The notes: a model not told the origin generated them from the sequence alone. 32,000 nucleotides of DNA from Alkalilimnicola ehrlichii MLHE-1 (GCF_000014785.1 NC_008340.1:600001-632000); one strand, 5' to 3'. Numbered from the stretch's first letter, positions 1 to 10,274 are shown. A program made the numbers and translations.

Positions 1-25
1 CCGCAGGCGGCGGACGTTTAGCGCC

Positions 26-820
26 ATGGGCGACGCTGGCCGCGACGCCCGCCGGTACCAACGGCTGCGGCAGATGGGGGTTGATCTCTATGTGCCGCGG
101 CCGGGGGCGGGGCCGCAGGTGGCGGATGCCGTTCCGGCCGGGCCGGACCCGGTGCGGGATGGGGCGCCAGAGCCCGGGCCGGCGCCGGCGGACGTGGTCA
201 CGGCGCCCCCCGCGGCGGAACCGGCCGCTGCCTCCGAGGCGGACCCCACCAGCGGTGACGTGGCGCGGCTGAACTGGGCCGCTCTGGAAGACCGGGTGGC
301 CGGGTGCCGCCTGTGCGGGCTCTGTGAAGGGCGCCGTAACACCGTCTTCGGGGTGGGCAGTCGGCAGGCGGATCTGGTCCTGGTGGGCGAGGGGCCCGGG
401 GCCGAGGAGGATAAGCGGGGCGAGCCCTTCGTGGGCCAGGCCGGGCGCCTGTTGGATCGCATGCTGGCCGCCATCGGCCTGGATCGCTCCCGGGTCTACA
501 TCTGCAACGTGGTGAAGTGCCGGCCGCCGCGCAATCGCGACCCGCGGCCCGAGGAGGTCGCGGCGTGCCGGCCTTATCTGGAACGTCAGCTCACCCTGCT
601 GGAGCCACGCTTGATCGTCGCCCTGGGCCGGGTCTCCGCCCATCAGCTACTCAATGTCACCACGCCGCTGGGGCGGCTCCGGGGTGGGCTGCATCGCTAT
701 GCCCCGGTGGATGTCCCCTTGCTGGCCACCTATCATCCTGCTTACCTGTTACGTAACCCCGCGGACAAGGCGAGGGCCTGGGAGGATCTCAAGCGTATCC
801 GCCGGATCCTGGCGGAATAG
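26..820 (+). CDS. Uracil-DNA glycosylase, family 4/5 type (Fe-S type), with Pro/Ala-rich N-terminal linker
   Basis: 264-aa ORF with CRLCGLCEGRRNTVFGVGSRQADLVLVGEGPGAEEDKRGEPFVGQAGRLLDRML and the LATYHPAYLLRNP motif typical of this family. Confidence 0.93.
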   Translation: MGDAGRDARRYQRLRQMGVDLYVPRPGAGPQVADAVPAGPDPVRDGAPEPGPAPADVVTAPPAAEPAAASEADPTSGDVARLNWAALEDRVAGCRLCGLCEGRRNTVFGVGSRQADLVLVGEGPGAEEDKRGEPFVGQAGRLLDRMLAAIGLDRSRVYICNVVKCRPPRNRDPRPEEVAACRPYLERQLTLLEPRLIVALGRVSAHQLLNVTTPLGRLRGGLHRYAPVDVPLLATYHPAYLLRNPADKARAWEDLKRIRRILAE

Positions 821-848
821 CCCTGTGCCCGGCCCATCGGAGGCGCCC

Positions 849-1334
849 ATGGTAGCCGTCGTTGCCCCCCGGCCCGGAAGGATCCGGGCGATGATTGAGG
901 CGGATCTCCCCGAAGTGGTGCAGGTGGAGCAGCGCTCCTATTCCTGGCCGTGGTCCTACGGCATCTTCCGCGACTGCCTGCGCGCCGGGTATCCCGGCTG
1001 GGTCTATGTGCGGGGCGGGCATATCGTGGGCTTCGTGCTGATCTCGGCGGTGGCCGGAGAGGGCCATATCCTGAACCTATGCGTCAGTCCGGAGGTGCGC
1101 CGGGAGGGGGTGGGGCAGGCGCTGCTGGAACGGGTGATCGCGGATGCCCCCACCTTCGAGGTGCAGGAGCTCTTCCTGGAGGTGCGACCCAGCAACAAGG
1201 GCGCCCAGGCTCTCTACCGCTCGGCGGGCTTCGAGCGAATCGGGCGACGCCGCGGCTATTACCCGGCTACCGGGGGGCGGGAGGATGCCCTGGTGCTGGC
1301 GCGGCTGATCGAGGGGCCGGGCGGTGGGGCGTGA
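849..1334 (+). CDS. rimI: Ribosomal protein alanine N-acetyltransferase RimI (GNAT family)
   Basis: In-frame ATG at 849 inside the 654..1334 ORF; product MVAVVAPRPGRIRAMIEADLPEVVQVEQRSYSWPWS...NLCVSPEVRREGVGQALLERV...LFLEVRPSNKGAQALYRSAGFERIGRRRGYYPA matches RimI. Confidence 0.9.
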   Translation: MVAVVAPRPGRIRAMIEADLPEVVQVEQRSYSWPWSYGIFRDCLRAGYPGWVYVRGGHIVGFVLISAVAGEGHILNLCVSPEVRREGVGQALLERVIADAPTFEVQELFLEVRPSNKGAQALYRSAGFERIGRRRGYYPATGGREDALVLARLIEGPGGGA

Positions 1335-1338
1335 GCGG

Positions 1339-1530
1339 ATGGGCTGGTGGCAGGTCCTGATGAGCACCCTGGCGGCGGCCTTCGGGGTGCAGACCGAGCA
1401 GGCCCGGCGGCGCGATTTTACCCAGGGGAGCCCCTGGTTGTTCATCGCCGCCGGCGTGGCCTTCACGCTGGTCTTTATCCTGGTTCTGGTGCTGATCGTC
1501 CGGGTAGTGCTCGCCAGCGCCGGGGCTTGA
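1339..1530 (+). CDS. Small membrane protein, DUF2970-like
   Basis: MGWWQVLMSTLAAAFGVQTEQARRRDFTQGSPWLFIAAGVAFTLVFILVLVLIVRVVL; conserved FGVQ...RDF..G.P..FI pattern plus one transmembrane helix. Confidence 0.75.
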   Translation: MGWWQVLMSTLAAAFGVQTEQARRRDFTQGSPWLFIAAGVAFTLVFILVLVLIVRVVLASAGA

Positions 1531-1591
1531 GCCCGGTGGGCAGCGTCGCCCTGACGCGACCCGCCGCCTCAGGCTCGGCCCGGTATGCCGC

Positions 1592-4345
1592 TCAGACCCG
1601 GGCGATCTTCTCGCGCTGGGTCTCGATCTTCTCCAGGGCGGAGCGCTGGTCGGCGAGTTTGTCGCGCTCCTTCTGGACCACCGCCTCCGGCGCCTTGGTG
1701 ATGAAGTTCTCGTTGCCCAGTTTGCCCTCCAGGCGCGCCACCTCCTTTTGCAGGCGCTGGCGGGCCTTGTCCAGGCGGGCCAGCTCGGCGTCCTTGTCGA
1801 TCAGGCCGGCCATGGGTACCAGGAGCTGCATGTCGCCCACCAGGGCGATGGCGGATTCGGGCGCCTCGCCGGTGACCTCCTCGATGGACTCCAGCCGGGC
1901 CAGGGTCTTGAGGAAGGCGTCGTAGTTCTCCAACCGGGCGCGGTCCTCGGGGGCGGTGTTCTGCAGCAGCACCGGTAGTGGCTTGGCCGGTGACAGATCC
2001 ATCTCGCCACGGATGCGGCGCACGCCCAGCACGAACTGCTTGATCCAGGCGATGTCCGCCTCGGCGGCGTTGTCCACCAGCCCGGCCTCGGCCACCGGGT
2101 AGGGCTGGGTCATGATGCTGTCGCCCTGCTTGCCCGCCAGCGGCGCGATTTGCTGCCAGACGGCCTCGGTGATGAAGGGCATGATCGGGTGGGTGAGCCG
2201 CAGGACGGCCTCCAGCACCCGTACCAGGGTGCGGCGGGTGCCGCGCAGCAGGGCCGGGTCGTCGGACTGGTTGAGCACCGGCTTGGACAGCTCCAGGTAC
2301 CAGTCGCAGTACTCGTCCCAGATGAACTCGTGGATGGCCTGGGCGGCCAGGTCCAGACGGTAACCGTCCAGTGCCTCGCGCACCCGCAGCTCGGTGCGTT
2401 GGAGCTGCGAGATGATCCAGCGGTCGGCCACTGTGAGCTTCACGTCCTCGGCGGCCACCCCGGTGTCGTGGCCCTCGGTGTTCATCAGCACGTAGCGGGC
2501 CGCGTTCCAGATCTTGTTGCAGAAATTGCGGTAGCCCTCAGCACGGCCCAGGTCGAAGACCACATCGCGGCCGGTGGTGGCCAGTGAGGCGAAGGTGAAG
2601 CGCAGGGCGTCGGTGCCGTGGGCGGGGATGCCGTCCGGGAACTGCTTGCGGGTGGCCTTTTCGATCCGCTTCGCCATCTGCGGCTGCATCAGCCCGCTGG
2701 TGCGCTTGGCCACCAGCTCTTCCAGCTCGATGCCCTCGATGATGTCCAGCGGGTCGAGGACGTTGCCCTTGGACTTGGACATCTTCTGCCCGTCCGGGTC
2801 GCGCACCAGGCCGTGGATGTAGATCTCCCGGAAGGGCACGTCGTCCATGAAGTGCAGGCCCATCATGATCATCCGGGCGACCCAGAAGAAGATGATGTCG
2901 AAGCCGGTGACCAGCACCGAGGTGGGGTAGAAGGTGCGTAGCGCCTCGGTTTCGTCGGGCCAGCCCAGGGTGGAGAAGGGCCAGAGCGCGGAGCTGAACC
3001 AGGTGTCCAGCACGTCCTCGTCCTGGTGCAGCGGCACGTTGCCCAGGTTGTGCCGTGCGCGCACCTCCTCCTCGGTGCGGCCCACGTAGACATGGCCTTC
3101 GGCGTCGTACCAGGCGGGGATGCGGTGCCCCCACCAGATCTGGCGGCTGATGCACCAGTCCTGGATGTTATTCATCCACTCGTAGTAGGTGCGGTCCCAG
3201 TTCCCGGGGATAAACCGGATGCGGCCCGCTTCCACCGCCTCGATGGCCGGCCGGGCCAGCGGTTCGGCGCGGACGTACCACTGGTCGGTGAGGAAGGGCT
3301 CCAGCACGGCGCCGCTGCGGTCGCCGCGCGGCACCATCAGTGTGTGGTCCTCCACCTTCTCCAGCAGGCCCAGTTCATCCAAGTCGGCCACGATGCGCTT
3401 GCGCGCCTCGAACCGGTCCAGCCCCTGGTAGGCCTTGGGCGCGTGCTCGTTGATGGCGGCATCCGGGGTGAGGATGTTGATCTTCGCCAGGTCGTGGCGC
3501 TCGCCCACGGCGTAGTCGTTGAAGTCGTGGGCCGGGGTGATCTTGACGCAGCCGGAGCCGAATTCCGGGTCCACGTAGTCGTCGGCGATCACCGGGATCT
3601 GACGGCCGGTGAGCGGCAGGTCCACCGTCTTGCCCACCAGGTGCCTGAACCGCTCGTCCTCCGGGTGCACCGCCACGGCGGTGTCGCCGAGCATGGTCTC
3701 CGGCCGGGTGGTGGCCACCACCACGTGGCCCGAGCCGTCGGAGATCGGGTAGCGCATGTGCCAGATGTGGCCCTGTTCCTCCTGGCTGGTGACCTCCAGG
3801 TCGGAGACGGCGGTGTGCAGCACCGGATCCCAGTTGACCAGCCGCTTGCCCCGGTAGATCAGGCCGTCCTCGTAGAGCCGCACGAAGACCTCGCGCACCG
3901 CACGGGACAGCCCCTCGTCCATGGTGAAGCGCTCGCGGGACCAGTCCACCGACGCCCCCATGCGCCGCAGCTGGCGGGTGATGGTGCCGCCGGATTCCGC
4001 CTTCCATTGCCAGACCCGCTCGAGGAACTTCTCGCGGCCCAGATCGAAGCGGGACTTGCCCTCGGCCTCCAGCTGGCGCTCCACCACCATCTGGGTGGCG
4101 ATGCCGGCGTGGTCGGTGCCGGGCTGCCAGAGGGTGTTGCGGCCGCACATGCGCTGGTAGCGGATCAGCGCATCCATGATGGTGTCCTGGAAGGCGTGGC
4201 CCATGTGCAGCGTGCCCGTCACATTGGGTGGCGGGATCATGATGCAGTAGGGCTCACCCTCGCCGGAGGGGGCGAAATGCCCGTGCTCTTCCCAGTAGGC
4301 GTACCACTTTTCCTCGATGGCCTGCGGCTGGTAGGTCTTTTCCAT
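1592..4345 (-). CDS. valS: Valyl-tRNA synthetase
   Basis: 917 aa with class I signatures [16 protein letters not shown] and KMSKSKGN, and C-terminal coiled-coil arm. Confidence 0.98.
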   Translation of the reverse strand: MEKTYQPQAIEEKWYAYWEEHGHFAPSGEGEPYCIMIPPPNVTGTLHMGHAFQDTIMDALIRYQRMCGRNTLWQPGTDHAGIATQMVVERQLEAEGKSRFDLGREKFLERVWQWKAESGGTITRQLRRMGASVDWSRERFTMDEGLSRAVREVFVRLYEDGLIYRGKRLVNWDPVLHTAVSDLEVTSQEEQGHIWHMRYPISDGSGHVVVATTRPETMLGDTAVAVHPEDERFRHLVGKTVDLPLTGRQIPVIADDYVDPEFGSGCVKITPAHDFNDYAVGERHDLAKINILTPDAAINEHAPKAYQGLDRFEARKRIVADLDELGLLEKVEDHTLMVPRGDRSGAVLEPFLTDQWYVRAEPLARPAIEAVEAGRIRFIPGNWDRTYYEWMNNIQDWCISRQIWWGHRIPAWYDAEGHVYVGRTEEEVRARHNLGNVPLHQDEDVLDTWFSSALWPFSTLGWPDETEALRTFYPTSVLVTGFDIIFFWVARMIMMGLHFMDDVPFREIYIHGLVRDPDGQKMSKSKGNVLDPLDIIEGIELEELVAKRTSGLMQPQMAKRIEKATRKQFPDGIPAHGTDALRFTFASLATTGRDVVFDLGRAEGYRNFCNKIWNAARYVLMNTEGHDTGVAAEDVKLTVADRWIISQLQRTELRVREALDGYRLDLAAQAIHEFIWDEYCDWYLELSKPVLNQSDDPALLRGTRRTLVRVLEAVLRLTHPIMPFITEAVWQQIAPLAGKQGDSIMTQPYPVAEAGLVDNAAEADIAWIKQFVLGVRRIRGEMDLSPAKPLPVLLQNTAPEDRARLENYDAFLKTLARLESIEEVTGEAPESAIALVGDMQLLVPMAGLIDKDAELARLDKARQRLQKEVARLEGKLGNENFITKAPEAVVQKERDKLADQRSALEKIETQREKIARV

Positions 4346-4499
4346 GTATCCGGTCTGATCCGATTGGGTTGGGGGCTTGGAAAACTCGTTATCTTACCGC
4401 AGTTTCCGCTAACGCGCAGGGCAGCGCCCGGGCATCCGGGGTCACCGGGCGGTTTCCGTTCCGCCCGCCTTACCGGGCCTCAGTGGGTGGTGGGGGCGG

Positions 4500-5033
4500 T
4501 CAAAGGGCCTTTTCCGCGATCACGAAGGCGGGGTCGTCCGGATCCTGTCGGATGTTGAAGCCCAGTAGCACGGCCAGATGGATCATGCCCCGGTTGTCGC
4601 GGGCGATGGTGCCATAAACCCGTTCATAACCGGCCTCTGCCGCCGCCTGCAGGGCCATGCGCAGGGCCGCCTGGGCCAGGCCCAGGCCACGGACCTCGGG
4701 GCGCAGCGAGACTGAGAACTCGCAGTCACGGCCATTGGCCTCTCCGGTGATGCGGGCGCCGCCCACGATCTCCCCGGCCAGACCGTCCTGCCCCTCCAGC
4801 ACCAGGCAGAAATCCCGCGCCAGGTCCGGGTTGCAGAAGGCCCGTGCCGCGTCCTCGCTCAATTCCGGCACGGCATGCAGCATGCGGAACCAACGCTCCT
4901 GGGGCGACAGGGCCTGGTAGCCGCGCATCAGCGATGGGGCGTCGCTGGGGCGGATGGGCCGCAGGAGATAACGTTGTCCGTCCTTGGCTTGCACCTCCCG
5001 TTCTTGCAGTGACTTTGCTACGCGTTGGGTCAT
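4500..5033 (-). CDS. GNAT-family N-acetyltransferase
   Basis: 177 aa; YLLRPIRPSDAPSLMRGYQALSPQERWFRMLHAVPELSE...VSLRPEVRGLGLAQAALRMALQAAAEAGYERVYGTIARDNRGMIHLAVLLGF; GGAGG Shine-Dalgarno-like sequence upstream of the ATG. Confidence 0.85.
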   Translation of the reverse strand: MTQRVAKSLQEREVQAKDGQRYLLRPIRPSDAPSLMRGYQALSPQERWFRMLHAVPELSEDAARAFCNPDLARDFCLVLEGQDGLAGEIVGGARITGEANGRDCEFSVSLRPEVRGLGLAQAALRMALQAAAEAGYERVYGTIARDNRGMIHLAVLLGFNIRQDPDDPAFVIAEKAL

Positions 5034-5216
5034 GCGGGTTCCTCCGGAAACGCCCTGGTCATCGTTCGGTTATGGGTATGAGGCGGCTCGCCACATCAAA
5101 CTCGCCCCTGAACGAGGACGGTGCACCCCTCATCGTATGTAGTATGGAAGGAAACCACCAGGTGCTGCGCCCCCTTAGAGGCAAGGGGATGGTTGCCTGT
5201 CCGAGGATTGGTGAGG

Positions 5217-5657
5217 TCAGCGCACGTCATGCTTTTCCGGCGTGACACCGGCCTGCTGGTAGGTGCGGAAGTGGCTGCGGGTGGTGTGCAGAATCTCCGG
5301 ATCCTGCACCACCACCTCGAACACACGGCCGAATGCCGTCCACTCCGGCGGGATGTCCGCGGCCAGGTTGATCAGCAGGGCGTCGGGCCGCGGCTCGGGC
5401 CGGTCGCCGATCACCACCGGCTCATCCTCGGCCTCCGCCTGCACCGCGTGGGGGATGAAGCTCTCCTTGCGGAAGGTCCACAGCAGGGTGTCCAGCCGGC
5501 GGGCCTGCTGCGGGTCATGCACCTGGATATGGATATGCCGGACGCCGTGCTCGAGCCCCTTGGCCACCAGCTCACAGGCAAAGCGCTCCCGCTGAACCGG
5601 GTCGGTGGCGCGGTTCAGCACGTAGAAGCGCACCAGCGGTTGCGGCTGCCCACTCAC
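5217..5657 (-). CDS. holC: DNA polymerase III subunit chi
   Basis: C-terminal part of the 5217..5981 ORF; VRFYVLNRATDPVQRERFACELVAKGLEHGVRHIHIQVHDPQQARRLDTLLWTFRKESFIPHAV... GTG at 5657 directly follows the pepA stop; pepA-holC order is conserved. Confidence 0.88.
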   Translation of the reverse strand: MSGQPQPLVRFYVLNRATDPVQRERFACELVAKGLEHGVRHIHIQVHDPQQARRLDTLLWTFRKESFIPHAVQAEAEDEPVVIGDRPEPRPDALLINLAADIPPEWTAFGRVFEVVVQDPEILHTTRSHFRTYQQAGVTPEKHDVR

Positions 5658-5658
5658 C

Positions 5659-7152
5659 TCAGGCCCCGGCCCGGTCCATGAGGTACCGGGTGAGCAGCGG
5701 CACCGGCCGGCCGGTGGCGCCTTTCTGCTCACCGGTGAGCCAGGCGGTGCCGGCGATATCCAGGTGGGCCCACTGGTAGCGCTTGGTGAAGCGGGCCAGG
5801 AAGCTGGCGGCGGTGATGGTGCCGGCCGGTCGCCCACCGATGTTGGCCATGTCGGCGAAGTTGCTCTTGAGCTGCTCGTCGTACTCCGGGTCCAGGGGCA
5901 GTTCCCAGCATTTGTCGCCGCTGGTCTCACCGGCATCCTGCAGGGCCTTGACCAGGGGCGGATGGTTGCCCAGCACCGCACTCCGGTGGTGACCCAGGGC
6001 GATGATGCAGGCCCCGGTGAGGGTGGCGATGTCGACGATCTCCTTGGGCTTGAAGCGCTCGGACCAGGTAAGGGCGTCGCACAGCACCAGCCGGCCCTCG
6101 GCGTCGGTGTTGAGCACCTCCACTGTCTGCCCGGACAGGGTCTGGATAATGTCCCCCGGGCGGGTGGCCTTGCCGTCGGGCATGTTGTCGCTGGCCGGCA
6201 CCACGCCCACCACGTTGATGGGCAGGTTCATCTCGGCCACCGCCTGCAGGGTGCCGAACACGCTGGCGGCGCCGCACATGTCGAACTTCATCTCGTCCAT
6301 GGCCGCCCCGGGTTTCAGGGAGATGCCGCCGGTGTCGAAGGTGATCCCCTTGCCCACCAGCACGTAGGGCTGCTCGTCCTTCTTGCCGCCGTTCCACTCC
6401 ATGGCGATCAGGCGCGGCTCCTCCTGGCTGCCCTGGGCCACCGCCAGCAGCGCGCCCATGCCCAGCTTCTTCATGTCCTTGCGGTCCAGGCTCTGCACCT
6501 TGAGTTTGTCGAACCGCTTGCCCAGCGCCTTGGCCTGGTCGGCCAGGTAGCTGGGGGTGCAGACGTTACCGGGCAGGTTGCCGAGGTCGCGGGCCAGGCT
6601 CATGCCCCGGCCGACCGCCATCCCCTGCGCCAGGGCCTCATCGGCGACTTTGGCCTCGGCCTTGTCCGCCACCCCCAGGGCGAGCTTCTTCAGCGGCTTC
6701 CTGGGCGTTTCCGCCTCGCTCTTCATGTCGTCGAAGCGGTAGAGGGCGCCGGTCACGCCGATGGCGAGCTGCTGGACCCGCCAGGCCAGGTCGCGGGTCT
6801 TCACCTCGACCTCCGGCAGGTAGAAGGTCGCCTCACCGGCGCCGCAGTCCTGCGCCGCCTGGGCGGCGGCGGTGACGGCCTTGCGGTAGGTGCGCTCGTC
6901 CAGGTCGCGCTCCACGCCCAGGCCCACCAGCAGAACCCGGGCGGCCTTGACGTTGTCCAGATCGGTGAGCAGGCGGGTCTGACCGGGCTTGGCCTCGATA
7001 TCGCCCCGCTTCAGGGCCGCGGTTATGGCGCCGCCGCTGGCCTCGTCCACGGCCTTGGCGGCAGGGGACAGGCGGCGGCGCTCGAACACGCCCACCACGG
7101 CGCAGGGGCTGCTGACGGTATCGGCGGTCTTGCTCTTGACGGTGTGGTCCAT
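5659..7152 (-). CDS. pepA: Leucyl aminopeptidase (M17, cytosol aminopeptidase)
   Basis: 497 aa; YVLVGKGITFDTGGISLKPGAAMDEMKFDMCGAASV and NTDAEGRLVLCDAL signatures. Confidence 0.97.
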   Translation of the reverse strand: MDHTVKSKTADTVSSPCAVVGVFERRRLSPAAKAVDEASGGAITAALKRGDIEAKPGQTRLLTDLDNVKAARVLLVGLGVERDLDERTYRKAVTAAAQAAQDCGAGEATFYLPEVEVKTRDLAWRVQQLAIGVTGALYRFDDMKSEAETPRKPLKKLALGVADKAEAKVADEALAQGMAVGRGMSLARDLGNLPGNVCTPSYLADQAKALGKRFDKLKVQSLDRKDMKKLGMGALLAVAQGSQEEPRLIAMEWNGGKKDEQPYVLVGKGITFDTGGISLKPGAAMDEMKFDMCGAASVFGTLQAVAEMNLPINVVGVVPASDNMPDGKATRPGDIIQTLSGQTVEVLNTDAEGRLVLCDALTWSERFKPKEIVDIATLTGACIIALGHHRSAVLGNHPPLVKALQDAGETSGDKCWELPLDPEYDEQLKSNFADMANIGGRPAGTITAASFLARFTKRYQWAHLDIAGTAWLTGEQKGATGRPVPLLTRYLMDRAGA

Positions 7153-7308
7153 GAAACGCTCCCTTGTGGGCCCGGGCGGACGCGCGAACTCGCCAGGGCC
7201 GGCGGCCCTCGGTTACGCTTCGGCGCCCTTGATGGGTTAGTCACCGTGACTTCCGTCGAGTAGTCTAATCTGCGCAACGTCCCTTTTGCAGCCGTAGAGG
7301 CCCCGAGC

Positions 7309-8427
7309 TTGTCGCCCATCCGCATTCCCGTCGTCGATCGCTACCTGGTGCGCGAGGTGTTGTTCGCCTGGCTGGCGGTGCTGTTGGTGCTGTTCGCGGT
7401 GCTGGCGACCAACCGGCTGATCGGCTATCTGGGCGATGCCGCCGGTGGCGAACTGCCCGGTGGGGTCATCCTCACCCTGCTGGGCCTGCAGACGGTTCGC
7501 TATCTGGGCATGATTCTGCCCGCCAGCTTCTTTCTGGGCATCGTCCTCGCCTTTGGCCGGCTCTACCGGGACAGCGAGATGGCGGTGATGTCCGCCTGCG
7601 GGATCGGGCCCTGGCGGCAGTTTCGCGCGCTGCTCTGGTTGGCCCTGCCGCTGGCAGGGCTGGTGGGGCTGCTGTCGCTGTACTGGGGGCCGGCGGCGAC
7701 CCAGAAGGCGGAGCAGGTGCAGGCCGAGGCGGAGGCCCAGGTGGAGTTCGCCGCCCTGCAGGCCGGCCGTTTCCTGCAGGCGCGCGGGGCCACCGAAGGA
7801 ACGCTCTACCTGGAACGGCTCAGCGAAGACCAGCGCGAGATGGAGGACGTCTTCATCCGCGCCGGTGGCACCGCGGACCGGGTGGTCCTGGCGGCCCGGC
7901 GCGGGGTACAGGAGAAGGACCCGGAGACCGGTGACCGCTACCTGGTGCTGCTGGATGGCTGGCGTTACGACGGCCGACCGGGCGCTGCGGACTGGCGGGT
8001 GACCCGCTTCGAGCGCCACGGGGTCCTGGTGGCGGAGGGTTCGGAGGAGGTGGCCGTGCGCCTGCGCCGCAATGCTCAGCCCACCGCCGAGCTGTGGGGT
8101 TCCGACCATCCGGCCGACCGGGCCGAGGTGCAATGGCGGCTGGCGATGCCGGCCATGACCCTCCTGCTGGCGCTGCTGGCGGTGCCGCTCAGCAAGAGCG
8201 CGCCGCGGGACGGGCGTTACGGGCGCCTGCTCTCTGCCGTGTTGGTCTATGTGGGCTATTTCCAGTTTCTGACCGTGGGCCAGGATTGGCTGGAGACGGG
8301 CCAGGTCCCGGCTGCCCTTGGGCTCTGGTGGTTGCATGGGGCGGTGCTGGCCGTGGGCGTGCTGGGCCTGCTCTGGCGCTTCGACCTGCTGCCCGCGCGT
8401 GGCGGGCACAAGGGGCGGGCACCATGA
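7309..8427 (+). CDS. lptF: LPS export ABC transporter permease LptF (TTG start)
   Basis: 372 aa YjgP/YjgQ family; VVDRYLVREVLFAWLAVLLVLFAVLATNRLIGYLGDAAGGELPG; divergent from pepA and followed by lptG. Confidence 0.94.
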   Translation: MSPIRIPVVDRYLVREVLFAWLAVLLVLFAVLATNRLIGYLGDAAGGELPGGVILTLLGLQTVRYLGMILPASFFLGIVLAFGRLYRDSEMAVMSACGIGPWRQFRALLWLALPLAGLVGLLSLYWGPAATQKAEQVQAEAEAQVEFAALQAGRFLQARGATEGTLYLERLSEDQREMEDVFIRAGGTADRVVLAARRGVQEKDPETGDRYLVLLDGWRYDGRPGAADWRVTRFERHGVLVAEGSEEVAVRLRRNAQPTAELWGSDHPADRAEVQWRLAMPAMTLLLALLAVPLSKSAPRDGRYGRLLSAVLVYVGYFQFLTVGQDWLETGQVPAALGLWWLHGAVLAVGVLGLLWRFDLLPARGGHKGRAP

Positions 8428-9506
8428 TCCGGTTGCTGGACCGTTATCTGATCATCACCGTGGTGGCGAGCGCCCTGGTGGCGCTGGTGGTCATCATGTC
8501 GCTGGACCTGGTGTTCAGCTTCGTGGACGAGGGCGGGGATATCGGCACCGCCGATTACGGGCCGTTATCGGCCCTCGCCTATGTGCTGCTCAGTAGCCCG
8601 TCCCGGGCCTATGAGGCCTTTCCCTTCGCGACCCTTATCGGTGCGCTGATGGGGTTGGGTGCGTTGGCGGCGCGCAATGAGCTGACGGTGATGCGTGCGG
8701 CCGGTGTCTCGGTATTGCAGATCGCCCGGGCGGTGGCGGCTGGCGGCCTGGTGCTGGCGCTGATCGCCATGGCCATGGGCGAGTGGGTGGTGCCGCCGGC
8801 CGAGCGGGCGGCCACCGAGCTGCGCGCCAGCGCCATGGCCCGCGACGTCGGTATCAGCGGGGCCGGTGGCTTGTGGGCGCGGGACGGCGGCCAGTTCATC
8901 GAGGTGCGGCGGGCCCGCAGCCCGGCCCACCTGGAGGGGCTGACCATCTATCACTTCGAGGAGCGCGATGGCGAGCCGATGACCCTGCGTCGGGTCCTCT
9001 CCGGCAGCGAGGCGTTGTTTCGGGACGGCCGGTGGATCCTGCGCGAGCCGGGCGAGGTGCATCTGCACGCCGATGGCATCAGTGTCGCCGATCTGGGTGA
9101 CGAGAAGGTGTGGGAGAGCGCCCTGTCACCGGCGGTGCTGGATGTGGTGGTGGTGGATCCGGAAAGCCTGTCCATGGCCGATTTGCGCACCTACATCGGC
9201 TATCTGGAGGCCAACGAGTTGGACAGCGGCGAATGGCGGCTGGCCTTCTGGGTCAAGGTGGCCACCCCCATCTCCACCCTGGCCATGCTGCTGCTGACCA
9301 TCCCGCTGGTGTTCGGGGCGGTGCGCTCCACCGGGGCCGGGCAGCGCATCTTTATCGGGGTGCTGATCGGGGTGGCGTTCTTCCTGGTCAACCGCATGCT
9401 CAACCACGCCGGGGTGGTCTTCGGGCTGCCGCCCTCGGCCAGCGCCCTGCTGCCGGCATTCGCCTTCCTGGCCGCCGGTATCCTGGGGATTCTCAAGGTG
9501 CGCTGA
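8424..9506 (+). CDS. lptG: LPS export ABC transporter permease LptG
   Basis: MIRLLDRYLIITVVASALVALVVIMSLDLVFSFVDEGGDIG...; ATG at 8424 overlaps the lptF stop (ATGA-type overlap). Confidence 0.94.
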   Translation: MIRLLDRYLIITVVASALVALVVIMSLDLVFSFVDEGGDIGTADYGPLSALAYVLLSSPSRAYEAFPFATLIGALMGLGALAARNELTVMRAAGVSVLQIARAVAAGGLVLALIAMAMGEWVVPPAERAATELRASAMARDVGISGAGGLWARDGGQFIEVRRARSPAHLEGLTIYHFEERDGEPMTLRRVLSGSEALFRDGRWILREPGEVHLHADGISVADLGDEKVWESALSPAVLDVVVVDPESLSMADLRTYIGYLEANELDSGEWRLAFWVKVATPISTLAMLLLTIPLVFGAVRSTGAGQRIFIGVLIGVAFFLVNRMLNHAGVVFGLPPSASALLPAFAFLAAGILGILKVR

Positions 9507-9531
9507 GACGGGCCCTTAGCGCCGCCCGCGA

Positions 9532-10077
9532 CTATCGGGCGGGCTTCGCGGGTCGCGGTTCCCGCACCACCAGGGTGCCGGCCAGCCGGTCGTGCACCCC
9601 GCGACGCCAGGGGTCGGCGAGGATCCAGCCAAACATGAGCAGTAAAGGCAGCCCCGAGAGCAGGAAGGTGAAGTGGCGCGGGCCCGTCGTCTGCCCCTCG
9701 GACCAGCCGGAGAAGTAGGCCCCGTAAAGCCCGAGGAGGAGGGCCGCCCAGCCGAGCAGCGGCAGCAGGATGCGCAACAGCGCGGTGCGCAGGGTCACCC
9801 GCCGGCCCTCCGGGTCCACCAGCCGCAGCCGCCAGGTCTTCATGCCCAGGGTCTGCCCGCCGCGAACCCAGCAGTAGACGAAGTAGCCGCCGGCCAGGAA
9901 CAGCAGATAGAGCTGATAGAGCGTCCCCGGCAGCGTGCCGGATTCGATGGCGTCACCGCCGGTGAACAGCAGGGGCAGCGCGCCGCCCACCATCAGGATG
10001 GCCAGGACCAGCATCAGGTCGTAGACGAACGCAACGAGCCGGACCGTGAAACTCGCGGGATAGGCGTGCTGGGGCAT
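9532..10077 (-). CDS. RDD family membrane protein
   Basis: 181 aa; ASFTVRLVAFVYDLMLVLAILMVGGALPLLF...YFVYCWVRGGQTLGMKTWRLRLVDPEGRRVTLRTALLRILLP...RRGVHDRLAGTLVV. Confidence 0.88.
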   Translation of the reverse strand: MPQHAYPASFTVRLVAFVYDLMLVLAILMVGGALPLLFTGGDAIESGTLPGTLYQLYLLFLAGGYFVYCWVRGGQTLGMKTWRLRLVDPEGRRVTLRTALLRILLPLLGWAALLLGLYGAYFSGWSEGQTTGPRHFTFLLSGLPLLLMFGWILADPWRRGVHDRLAGTLVVREPRPAKPAR

Positions 10078-10118
10078 GGCGTCCGGGCCGGATAGGGATC
10101 AGCGGGTGGTAGGGAAGA

Positions 10119-10193
10119 TGGCGCTCCCACGGGGAATTGAACCCCGGTTTCCGCCTTGAGAGGGCGGCGTCCTGACCGCTAGACGATGGGAGC
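10119..10193 (-). tRNA. tRNA-Glu (anticodon CTC)
   Basis: Minus strand GCTCCCATCGTCTAGCGGTCAGGACGCCGCCCTCTCAAGGCGGAAACCGGGGTTCAATTCCCCGTGGGAGCGCCA; 7-bp acceptor stem, CCGCC/GGCGG anticodon stem with loop CTCTCAA, CGGGG-TTCAATT-CCCCG T-arm, encoded CCA. Confidence 0.96.
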
Positions 10194-10232
10194 GTTTTGC
10201 TTGTTAACTCGGCAGCGCCGAACAGGGGTGGT

Positions 10233-10260
10233 ATTATACGCGCCCATTTCGCAGTCTCAA
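10233..10260 (-). promoter_or_regulatory. Sigma70-like promoter for tRNA-Glu
   Basis: Minus strand TTGAGA (10260-10255), 16-nt spacer, perfect TATAAT (10238-10233), about 40 nt upstream of the tRNA 5' end. Confidence 0.75.
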
Positions 10261-10274
10261 GTGCCAATTTCCAC

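Noticed and set aside
3026-4558. 510-aa plus-strand ORF
   Set aside because: Antisense to valS, no recognisable domain, composition expected for mirrored high-GC codons.
5096-5326. 76-aa minus-strand ORF in the holC-GNAT gap
   Set aside because: Half lies out of frame in holC, with no ribosome-binding site or recognisable motif. The gap is better explained as leader sequence.
5764-7263. 499-aa plus-strand ORF
   Set aside because: Antisense to pepA.
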